DNA of 64,000 nt. Source: Octopus sinensis. Taxonomy: Eukaryota. Below are positions 52,891-64,000 of this stretch, one piece after another (position 1 is the first letter of the stretch; every line of letters begins with the position of its first letter). Position numbers and translations under genes: made by a program. The stretch lies in assembly GCF_006345805.1 (NCBI RefSeq), contig NC_042998.1, positions 13,392,001-13,456,000 on the forward strand, read 5' to 3'. Below the pieces are notes generated by a model. It ran no database searches. It was not told the origin of the DNA and worked only from the letters and a program-made list of their open reading frames with translations.

Positions 52891-53464
52891 ATATACTTGT
52901 TATCTTTCTTTTAATCTGTACAATTACGTTTATCTTCTTTTTTTATAATTATCTTCTATAGTCAGATATATTTCCTATTCGTTGGGCTCGTTCACTTGGT
53001 TTGTGCTTCCATTACTTGCTTGTCAATCTTTGACAGGCTAAAGGTCGATACCCTCTCATAGCTCATCAACTTTATGAGGCCACTATCTCCACTATATAAT
53101 ATCTTTATTGGTTTATGAGTGTGAGCGCTAAATGCATTGCACTATTTCCCCTTTAGTTTTACTTAAAATATAATAACTTCGAAACAGAATTTTCAAGTGT
53201 AGTCGTACTATTACGCTGTTTTTTTTTTATAATTCTGGCCTTTATAACTGTGATGCATCTTAAATGTTTTCATATTGTCTTAAGAATTTAAATGGGATAT
53301 TGTTGTCTCATTCTTTCATTTCTTTGTCTCAAACTAACATAACGTCATCAGTTTTAATTAATTTGCCTTTTCTAGCAGAAGTTTTGGCGCATGTGTCTAA
53401 TCCAATTAGACAACAAGTATCTAATGGGAATACATGACTGTAGAAAATAGTCATAAAATAATTG

Positions 53465-53507
<43 letters not shown>

Positions 53508-54599
53508 TGCTCCTTTGCTTCCTTCTCTTTTCTCTCCCTCCTCATCGGCCTCCTCCTCATCATCATCATCGTTGCTGTACAAGGAAGTCAGCCGTTCGAA
53601 ACACTCATAGACTTTCTTCTTTTCGACTGTTCTTTTCTTTAAAAAATGTTAACTGGACTGTACCGTTATTGATTTGTCCCTTCTGGACTAAAACTTTTAA
53701 TATTTTTTCCTAGAATTTTACAAATTTAAAAAATGAATATGTCGAAAATAGATGGTTTGGATACCTTTGAAAAAATGACCACCCCGCTCAAAGATCATTC
53801 CCCAGTTTGCTGTTTCTATTTCTGCTGTGAATCCAGAATGTAGCCGTACAAAAATAAGGACCAATGACGTTGCTACGACTTCTATAGTGTCATCAGACAA
53901 TCAACTGTAAACGTCACTAGATCTGCAATTTCCTTCACATCTACAAATATATCGCCACCAAAGACATCGAAACTAGCAGCATCACATATCTCAAAATTAT
54001 AGTTACATACTCAAATCAACAGGATGTTTTACGCTTGTTTTTGTTTTCCACAAAGACTTGAGCTGCCAAAAGAAAATCATTTTTGAAAGGACTCAAAGAA
54101 TATAACGATAACTTGCGATATATCTATCCAAACTAATGTTGAGTCGGTAGGCTCGAAATATGTATTGGGCCTGTGGGGACGCAAAAAGTTTACTACAGGA
54201 CAAAAACAATTTGTTTTTTCAAAAATTCATATTTGATTTTCGTCTAAATTTGAAAGGAGGAGTCGCTCAAAAATTGTAGTAACAAATGAAGTGCTTATCC
54301 ATATATTTTAAATTAAAAGACAATATATGCATGGTAGATTAGCCACTGGGAATAATTAGCTGGTAGATAGTGACAGCAAAGGTGTACAGTAATGAAGATA
54401 AGAAAGCCATTAAAATTCAACAAATGCGCAAAGAGATCAGTTCTGAGAGAAGTACGGGTCTCTTAATCCAAATGAAGAAAAAGAAATGCTCACAACCAAA
54501 TAGAACTACATAACTGATTCACTTTGAGAGTGAGGGTAGAGGAGCAGCGGACAAAGATGATACATTTGTAGATGGGTAGATTGGTCTTAGAATAAGTCT

Positions 54600-54935
54600 C
54601 CACACGGTTACAAACGCGTCAGTTTGATAGAAAGTTTGATATGCAGCTAGATACGGAGAATGCACCACAAGGTTTTCGACAGTACAATGATCATTAGCAG
54701 CAACAATGCTAATACAATCGAAAGTAAGATCCAACGAAGCAACAACCTCCTCTTCCAAGAAGCACGACACCAGAATGATACAAAGACAATGCAGGTCTCC
54801 AAGACAGAAAACTGCCTGATTCAGATCAATGTGGTATGTTCTACATTGAAGATGACAAATATTAGATTTAACCTGATAAAAGACGATGGGATGAAAGACA
54901 AAGGAGAGCATAAACAAATCATCGGTCACAAATAA
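54600..54935 (+). pseudogene. Possible decayed transposase N-terminal fragment (MULE-like, weak)
   Basis: KTENCLIQINV...NIRFN loosely resembles the C..I...I.FNHNH zinc-binding region of Mutator-type transposases. The canonical His residues are absent. Confidence 0.2.
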
Positions 54936-57094
54936 CTATCATTTCTTTATGGAGAAACTTCTAATTTAGTACAATATAGAAACTAGAACAAAAACGTTGG
55001 TTCTTTGAAAAGAAGTGACTAAGTCACAGTTGGAAAGAATAGAATTCTACGCCCAAGCAGGAGGAAGGGGATCATGAAGACAATGAATATTTTGGCGATG
55101 AAGCTTTTGGCAGTGATTATACAGTCGAGTTGTGAATTTTGTGTTTTGTTTTATTGTTAAAACGGCTCACACATTGTCTTGTACTTCTTGCGATTTTTGT
55201 TTCTTGATAATGAATATCACCGTGGTAAACTTTGGGTTTCATATCTTCTATTTCGAAGAAAGAAAATAGCAGGCATCTCCTAGTCTCAGTGTATTTCAGT
55301 TCGTTTATGACTAAAACTTTGCTCCAATGATCAAAACGGTTATCTTAAATATTAATTTTAGGATTTATGCTTGACGTTTTGCTAATGATTGAAAACCATT
55401 ATTAATATTTCTGCTCTTGAACTTGTCCCCAAATGTGAAGTAAATTTTACAAGTATTTTCAATATTTTGTGTAAAAAACATTTCTTGTGCATGCATTTTA
55501 ATACTAGGCCTAGCGTAGCTGTTTTTCATTTTGGTAATCTGTAAAGTTATGGTTTGAAATTAAATATTCTGCTGCATGAAGTAAGACACACATGCAACGT
55601 GTGACACACACCCACGTTGTAGGTCTGCGTTTCACTCGTACGGCTCGTGCACCATTAATGTTATCATCATCATTATCATCATCATCATCATAATCATCAC
55701 AATTTCTAGCTGCAGCAACAACAGCAACCGCGGTAGTAGTAGCTTCAGTGCGAAAGAAGTTACATTGAGTGGTTTTTACTTCCGTTATTCTGATTGATTT
55801 TTATCCGAAAGAGAAAAGATGATTTTTGATGCTTACAAGAAACGTATTGCTTTCACTTAGCTTTGTAGTGATACTTTTAAACATCACACACCCACTTGTA
55901 ATATATTGTACAGAAAATGAAATAGCTTGTATACAAAATAAAAGGTTTCCTGACAAGATAGAAGACCATCGAAGCATATTTGCAAATTATTGAAAGAAAG
56001 AAATATTGGAATATTTACGACGGCAAACTTCACAAGCTCATCATACGAAGCGCTAGAGGACAATGAAATAAATAGAAATATTTATACATTTTAATATGAA
56101 GGGAAGTGGTTTATAGCCTCGTGGACTTGTAAAGTAGGAGATACAAATGGAATCTTTTAAGCATTTTTCTGCCATCTTTAGCAAATGTGTTCCGTAATGG
56201 TGTTTATAAATTGCAAGAATAATAGTAAACTCTATAACAACATTCGCAATTGCCCTTAACTGCCAAACATAACAGCGGCGATAAATTGGAACGAATTATA
56301 TAAGAGTTATAAATAGAAAAATCGAGGCGAATACGTCAGTCAGAATGTACTGACCTGGTGGATGTATTTCTAGAAACAAATTTCGAAAGAAAAAAATGCA
56401 CGGACAATAGGATATTTAAAATAAAATTTGTTAATACTTTAATGAAAATTTATGCATGACAGTGCGTGCTTCGCAATGATTGATTGAAGAAGAAGGAGGA
56501 AGTGAGAAATTTAGAGAGACAGAAAGATATATATAAAGAGAGTGAAAGAGAGAGAGAAAGGAAAGGAAAGGTAGTAAAAATTACGGGAAATGTGGTTGTA
56601 TATGTGTGCGTGTAATTTTGGAATTGCGTCTCTATGTATTTATAAAGGAAAAAATGTGATGCTGGGAAAATCTGGAGTAAATGTATTGTCCTCTGCACAA
56701 AAGTGTTAACCCCTTTCTTTACTGTGATGACAAAGGTATATTATGAGTAGAAACGCGTAGAGCAACACACACACACACATACGCGTGAATGTGTATACAC
56801 CACGGACTCTCCCGTCGCTAGAGGACATATGAGGATTCGGCAATTTCTTGGCGAACAACCACACAGATAATTTGTTTATAGAGATCACATGTTTGTGTTC
56901 TCATTAGCTCATTTCCTCCATCAGGTCGATATTACCTGTATAGGTGCACCGCGTTTGTTTTTCATAAATTCATATTTGGTTTGTGCCTAGATTTGAAAGG
57001 CGGTGTCACTCAACAATTGTAATTAAAAATGAGTACGTATGTATATAGATTACATATATACATAGGTATGTATGTGTACGTATGTATGACCTCG

Positions 57095-57286
57095 TGAGTA
57101 CCACCAGCGATTTTTTCCCTCTGTCTTCCCTTCTCGGGATCTTTCCTTCTCCTATGTTCCCGACGAAGAGCTCCGCCCGAAACGTTAAACCCTCCTACTT
57201 CCCTTCTTTCCTGAGCATCCAATAATACTTTATTTGTTCCATGTCCTCGCGTTGCTGTGTTTTTTTGTGTTTTCTTGTTTGGATTA

Positions 57287-57292
<6 letters not shown>
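57095..57292 (+). mobile_element. Short repeat resembling a Penelope-like element terminal repeat, with hammerhead-like motif
   Basis: Homologous to 38393-38575; ends TTTGGATTAAC directly before (TA)n. Confidence 0.7.
57156..57190 (+). ncRNA. Minimal hammerhead ribozyme-like motif (CCGACGA variant)
   Basis: GTTC-CCGACGA-A-GAGC-TCC-GCCC-GAAAC-GTT-AAAC; GAAAC is intact, the core has a U4-to-C change, and stem II has one mismatch. Confidence 0.5.
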
Positions 57293-57329
<37 letters not shown>

Positions 57330-57641
57330 GTATGTATATGTAAACATACATACAATGAGAGAGATATGCGTTTAGACAAATAATTAGAAATAGATTAAAA
57401 CATATGTATGCATATGTGTACATGTACAGGCGAAGAAACTGTTTTCCTCTTTTGTTAGGCTAATATGTAGTTATACGACTTTAATGTTTTCTTTTCTTAT
57501 TTGTATATGTTTTATGAGATTTATATCTGTTGAGAAAGATTGTAGCTCAGGAACAACAAATTTGCCTCCGAAACATATAGTTCTGCACTCTGTTAGACCT
57601 GTGGCAGGCAGCCCAGGCAGGTATCTTCTACCATATTTGTT

Positions 57642-57645
<4 letters not shown>

Positions 57646-57695
<50 letters not shown>

Positions 57696-57706
57696 TGTGT
57701 GTGTGA
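57646..57706. repeat. (TG)n microsatellite
   Basis: Directly visible. Confidence 0.95.
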
Positions 57707-58378
57707 GTCTGATTTGCATCTTTTTACTCGTAAGTCTCAACTTGACCTCTGGATTTGCATTTGTTTTTGCGTAGTGTTTCGGTAAAAGGTGAAATAAATA
57801 CCATTCTTTATAAATAAGTACTAGGGCTGCCTCTGCCATACCCCAGCAAAGGCGCAGTCTAATGACAGAAACAAATTTAAGTGTAAGATCTAAAATGTAT
57901 AAAATAGATGCATTTCTTAGTAATAACGATTGTTGACAGCCATATTTGTTGATGATCCGTCATATATCAGCGTATAATGTTCTCGGAGAAAAATCACGAA
58001 GGTCATGTTACGTACCAAATTCGTTTGAAAGCCGGTAGAATTCCTGATAATTCATTCATCATTAATTTTAAAGAAATACATGCTTTTATAGAAAGAAGTA
58101 AAAAAGAAAATAATATCATTAATTGAAATTAATATTTTTCTGCATTCCATCTTGTAACTAGATTCATGTTCAGAGCAATGGCGAACGTCATTAATATCTA
58201 TTTAAGAGAAGTAGTGTTACATAGCAATATCAATATAATCAGTCATAGATATCATTTGAAATGTATTCAGTTCAGTAATCGAATTTCAAATAGTTTGTTC
58301 TCACACACAAACACACAAACACACTTTCATACTTACACATATAGAAACGGCCATCTGTATATATATATATATATATAG

Positions 58379-58475
58379 ACTCAGACATACATACATACCT
58401 AATGAATACATGCATGCACGGATTGATAGATGCATACATACAAATAGATATACACACATATAGACAGATAGGCAA

Positions 58476-58525
<50 letters not shown>

Positions 58526-58610
58526 ATGTCTGCCTATCTGTCTATATGTATGTATGCATCTATCAATCCGTGCATGCATGTATTCATTAGGTATGTATGT
58601 ATGTCTGAGT
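58379..58610. repeat. Inverted repeat centred on a (TA)n/(TG)n tract
   Basis: ACTCAGACATACATACATACCTAATGAATACATGCATGCACGGATTGATAGATGCATACATA has its exact reverse complement ending at 58610, plus an inner ATATAGACAGATAGGCA pair. Confidence 0.9.
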
Positions 58611-61600
58611 TTATACCCTGACACGAGATATTGCCAAAACAATGCAAGCGTGTGTATAACATTACATTAGTCGGCATACATGCTTCAAATTTCATATTTG
58701 TACACTGTCTCTTATATGATAAATCTTCTCCTGCTCTCTCTCTCTCTCTCTCTCTTGTTATAGGTAAATAACGGGTTCCAGTCAAACGCAACTTGCTGCT
58801 ATTGTGATCGTGTGAGGAACATATATGTAGGCTGACTGACAATAACAGAAATCTGCAGGTTCCATTCAACGAGGACACCATTCTCAATCGCATTTACAAA
58901 GAAAGAGGGTAAATTTTCAAGACTGGTCCGAGGTATGGATGTTAAATAACGCAGTGGAAAATTTCCATACACTCGCATATACTTACTCTCTCTTCCTCTA
59001 TAAAACTGTATATCTATCTCAAACTCTCTATTTCTCCCACTCACTTTCTCGCTGTCTCTCTTGGTGCACAAATACACAACAGACACATATACATATAAAT
59101 GTGTGTATGTCTGCGTATATTGAGAAATATTCTGTAATGCATGCATACGTAGATATTTCACAAATTTCCAAAGTATTCAGTGTACGTTAGCAGCCAATGT
59201 GTGACCAATTATTATAGCAAACAGTTATTTCTATTTCTTGTAATTATACGATCAGTTGATATATACACTTCTGTGGGATTTTTTTCTTAAATACTTAATG
59301 AATATACATAATAATATAATTATGGAAATCACATCTTACTGCAATTTTAATATATTTATATACGCGTTGCTTTCATCACATAAATTGTGATCATATATTA
59401 AGATATCAGAAAACAATCAACGCACTTAATAATTATTCTACGATGCATATGGCATTTTTATCTTTGCGCTCATATTATGAATATCGTAACCGATCATATG
59501 TGTATACGGAAATTAATACATATAAACCTGTAAACTGTAAATTATTGTGTAAGTTATACGTATTTCGAGATATCAAACGTAAAATATTTTGAAAAACTAT
59601 CCACATTTTGTAATATATGACATATACAAAAGAAAGCGAATATATTCCTTCCAAAGGACACTGATGTCTTATAATGCTTCAACTGATTCTCAGGGAAGAA
59701 TTAGACTCAGTGGATGATAATTTCAATTAACAGCTTCATGAAAAAAGTTTAAACAGCCATTAGTAATTCCATAGTAATATGTTATTTGAAAATTTCACAA
59801 AAGTAAAAAAGTGGCTATGCTGTATTTAACATCCACTTCAGCGTGTCTTAATTGTAATGTATTTAAATTATGATCTATCAGGATTGCTAACCAAAGTTAT
59901 GCTTTTGATATATTACTTTCTAATTTAATAACCTGCCATTTTTTAACTGAACACCACTTAATTATCCACCTCATTGTATAAACTTTTTTCAGAGGTTTAG
60001 TTCATGGATCTGAATATGTCTACTGCAGATTCATGCATATACTATGATATTAATATGATATGATTTCAAAATACCAAAGTACAACTGTGATATATTTTCG
60101 AACAATAGGATCAGTGCAATGAATACAAAATATACCAGGCATGACAAATGGAAGAAAACATTTGCTTTTTCCAACTATTTATCAACTTTCTAGAATAATA
60201 ACTTTTTCTTACAATTTCAAAATTTGGAGTTTAATTTTCACATCTCAGAATTAGAATTATATTATGTGGTATTAGCCCAATACCCTTTATATAAAGTTTA
60301 AACACTGCAGCCCTAAAACGGTAAATCGTATTTTAAATTTTAACTGTATTTTCTTAATTCTATATTAATACATGTAGCTCTACGAAGTTTCTTTTCTACT
60401 CAATGTTTACTATGCATTTTAATATTCTATATTTTGTCATGGTGTATCAAATTTATACAGAACATATCCACGATAGATATTAATATAAACTCCATTATGT
60501 GAAGAATATAATTTTCCTATATCATCGTCACCAATAATGAACATGCAAACAAAACAAAAGCTGCAAACATCAATGCATTTATCCTATACTGCTTGTAATA
60601 CCCGATAATAGTATGAACAACGCCAGTATGAAAAGTAATTATTAATTGAAATTACGGTTTGAATCTAATTTGACTTTTGGAAATCATCCAAAATTTTTCT
60701 GAGGATTCGATGACTTGTAACTGCGAAAATTCTTGGCAAGAAATTGTTGTTTTGAGTGATTTTGAATCTATTCTATAGTTTCTGACATTGCTTTCTTTCA
60801 TTTATTACTTTACCGCTTATGATTTCCGATTTCTATCAGGGGAGGCCGTTTAGTTACCATGTAATATCAAGACGTTGAATTATAATATGCATTTATTTTG
60901 AATCTCAACAATTGTTTATGCTTTCAGATTATTCCTTGATCTAAAATTCCTGCGATATTCTGCCTCATTTGAGATTTCATCGTACATCTGAGTTTAAGCA
61001 TTTCTGATTTTAATGTTAATTAGATGTGTCTAGATTTTGTTCTGTTTAAATAGATATAATGTGTCTAACTCCTATTTGCCAGATATCAACAAAAATAAAG
61101 TATTTACATTCTTATTCAAGACTCAGATAACCGTTATTTTATTCAATTTTTTTGTTATTTCTTTTGATTGACTGTTGCCTGTAAAATATATGACTTAGTA
61201 TTTCTGTTGTCAAAAGCAAGACGATCAAAATTAGTTAACACATCATCAATGCACTAACCGAATGCGTAGCTGCTATGTAAGCAGCAAACATCAGCTTCAA
61301 GAACTCAAGAAGCAATTCATATTCCCGAGAAAGAACTCATTCACTAGGACCCGAGAATAATAGTTCATTTGCTTGATGTGATGCGAGCAAGACACTAAAA
61401 TGGTCCTTAAGGAGACGATATTTCTTATTTCGTCACCGGAAGAGCATAGAAAAATGTCTGCGTATTCTTATTAAACACAAAAAACAATGTGCTATAATAT
61501 TTGATGATATTTTATCTCTTCTGAGGCAGGTTGCGTTACGAGAACGTTATTTAATTAATGAAGAAGCATCAAAATTATAATTATTCACATTAGGAAAACC

Positions 61601-62046
61601 ATCTAAGTGCTAAGCTGATCATAACTGTTCCATAAGCAGATGTTCTGCGTATAAAGTTGCTCACATTTTTTCTAACGATTTCTACAGCGCGCCTAACTTG
61701 ATTTCTACAGATATTATTCTAAAGGTATTATTCCTGTTCTTATTGGATTAACGAATACGCAGCACAGATTAAGGAATACATAGTATAAACGAATACACAG
61801 CAAAGAGCACATATATAAAAATTGCACTATCTAATGATATACATTCCTGATTTATAAGTCACCGATCTTTGGTATTTATTGGGGAACACGGGTATATACG
61901 TCTCATGGAAGCAACGCTAAAGAGAACACGAAAACAACCCATGTACCTCTCGAATATGTTTGAACCATTGTGAAATGGATAATATCTATCTAATTAGTTT
62001 TCTCCCCCCTCTCTCTCTCTATATATATATATAGACAGAGAGGGAG

Positions 62047-62203
62047 AGAGTGGTTGTATACTGTCAACTTAACGTGACAGTCCTGTAAGGGGGAAATGTG
62101 TCAAGGCAGACAAGAAGCGTCGATGCTTCATAGGGCTAAACAGTGGTGTTGTAATTACCCCTTACATGACTGTCACGTTAAGTTGACAGTATACAACCAC
62201 TCT
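62047..62203. mobile_element. Small MITE with ~46-bp TIRs
   Basis: AGAGTGGTTGTATACTGTCAACTTAACGTGACAGTC.TGTAAGGGG is matched by its reverse complement at the right end (one mismatch), around a ~65-bp interior. Confidence 0.8.
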
Positions 62204-62258
62204 TACGCTCCACCACCGTACATATCTCTATGAGATATTTAGAAATTTACTATTTCTG

Positions 62259-62344
<86 letters not shown>

Positions 62345-64000
62345 AAATATGGTATAATTATAAAAGGCAAGTTTTAACCATTTCTCCGCACACTGAAAAG
62401 AAAATCACCTACCTTAATCGAAATGGAGACGAACAACATCCCTCCATGTGATCGGCTTGAAACATTGCAACGATATTCAGATATTTTCTATTTATTTTTA
62501 TCGTAGTCTTAATTGAGAAATAATATATATATTCAGGGAGAAGTGAAGATGTAGTTGTTTTGAATCTGAAATCTGATACCAGTTTTATCTGCATGACAAT
62601 TCCATCTTTCTGTTTGATTGTCTTCCCTACTGTGTTGCTTCTTCCACAATTTGTGGAATTTGATGTGTTTAACTATACTCCGAATGTCACCTTCAAATCC
62701 AGGCAGTTGCGGATTTGGTGATGAGTATTTCCTTGTTTTGAATGCATGCTTCATTTTGAAGTTGTCAATCCTTACTTTTTCGCAACTTCATTCGTAAGTA
62801 TGTAACAAAAATTAGTCCAGCAACGGGTAGGACATCCCAGATCCGCTATGAAGCATCAAGTTTCTATAATCATTTATTGCAGCAATTGTTATGTATTTTC
62901 CTCATATTTCCTTTACTGACATTATAATTTCTTTGATTTATATAATTTTAGTAAGAAACAATTGTATCTTTGATTTAATTCAAAATTTGTAATGCGGTCG
63001 ATTTCTTTAATTGTACGCCTTTATGGTTGGAAGCAGTCTCTTGAAATGCTTTATAACATGAAGATTAAGGGCAGCATGTATTTCAGAGTAAATGGTTGTA
63101 TCATTAAGCTGAACTTTTGCTAAATCTCAATAAATTTTGGCATCCATTATGGCAATTATACTAACTTTATCTGGATTTTGTAGATTATTGTATTATCGTT
63201 TTGGAGCTTTGGAATACAGACTTCACTTGGTTGTAATATTTGATCTGACATACGTATTTTGCTTAAGTAGGGATTTGAATATATATAAAAATGTATATTT
63301 CCTTTTTTTTTTGCTGAATTAATTTCGATGTGTCCCTTAACAGGTATTCATCACACTCACTGTATTTATCCATTAAAAATTAAATCAATCAACAGTAAAT
63401 TCAGACAGAATTTTTGTGGTTATTCTCTTCTAATTCAGGATGGTTGGCTACTAGTGTAGATGTAAAGAATAACAATTTTGCTAAAATTTTACAAAATTTG
63501 ACTTTCACTATTAATATGTTACTTTTTGTTAAATACATAATGTTTGGGTCTATTATTACAATTCTTCTCTTTTGCCCCAACGCCTAAATTTTCTCTGATT
63601 TTTCTGCTTGTTGTGCTGACATTCAGACATATACATATTTTTATTTAGCACTTCCATTTTCTATTTGATGATCTGCGCTACTTACTTTTCTCGTTATGTT
63701 TGACCTTGTTTTTATTGTCTTTCTAGTCTTTCATGCATTTTGAGCATATTAAATAATCAAGTTTTCAATCTACATTTAGCACAATGTTTCCCATAATTAA
63801 CCACCGGCGACATATGTGTGCATACTGAAAATGATCCCCTGACATTTCTTACCCTAGACTTATTATTTTATCAAATGTTCTCAAGTGTCGCTCTTAAGAA
63901 AATTTGTTTTTCTCCCGTCATTTTATGGACAAGAGAAGTTGTTGTCAAGTTTTGCCATTTTGTATACTTGCTTTCCACGTTGCTGTTGACAAAAAAATTA

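Noticed and set aside
60480-62800. Protein-like open stretches, some resembling transmembrane segments
   Set aside because: Interrupted by stops in all frames; no family recognised.

Overview
AT-rich, repeat-dense animal genomic DNA, most likely an octopus (coleoid cephalopod); the species call rests on my recognition of the SINE families and is not verified. I found no host protein-coding exon that I can support, so this is probably intronic or intergenic sequence. Retrotransposons: a 5'-truncated but nearly complete Tx1/L1-clade LINE (15.1-19.26 kb) flanked on both sides by (TCTA)n, two fused R4/Dong-clade fragments, an RTE 3' fragment, and two divergent ORF1-like remnants joined tail-to-tail. 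Other repeats: four tRNA-derived SINE families, two non-autonomous Helitrons sharing one 3' end, Tc1/mariner/pogo relics, several fold-back hairpins and many microsatellites. Short repeats resembling Penelope-like element termini carry hammerhead-ribozyme-like motifs at 38.5, 51.4/51.8 and 57.2 kb. The most interesting leads are the possible GATA-microsatellite-targeting Tx1 element, the hammerhead motifs and the rearranged R4 elements. All homology calls come from reading motifs by eye; no database search was run, and many boundaries are approximate.
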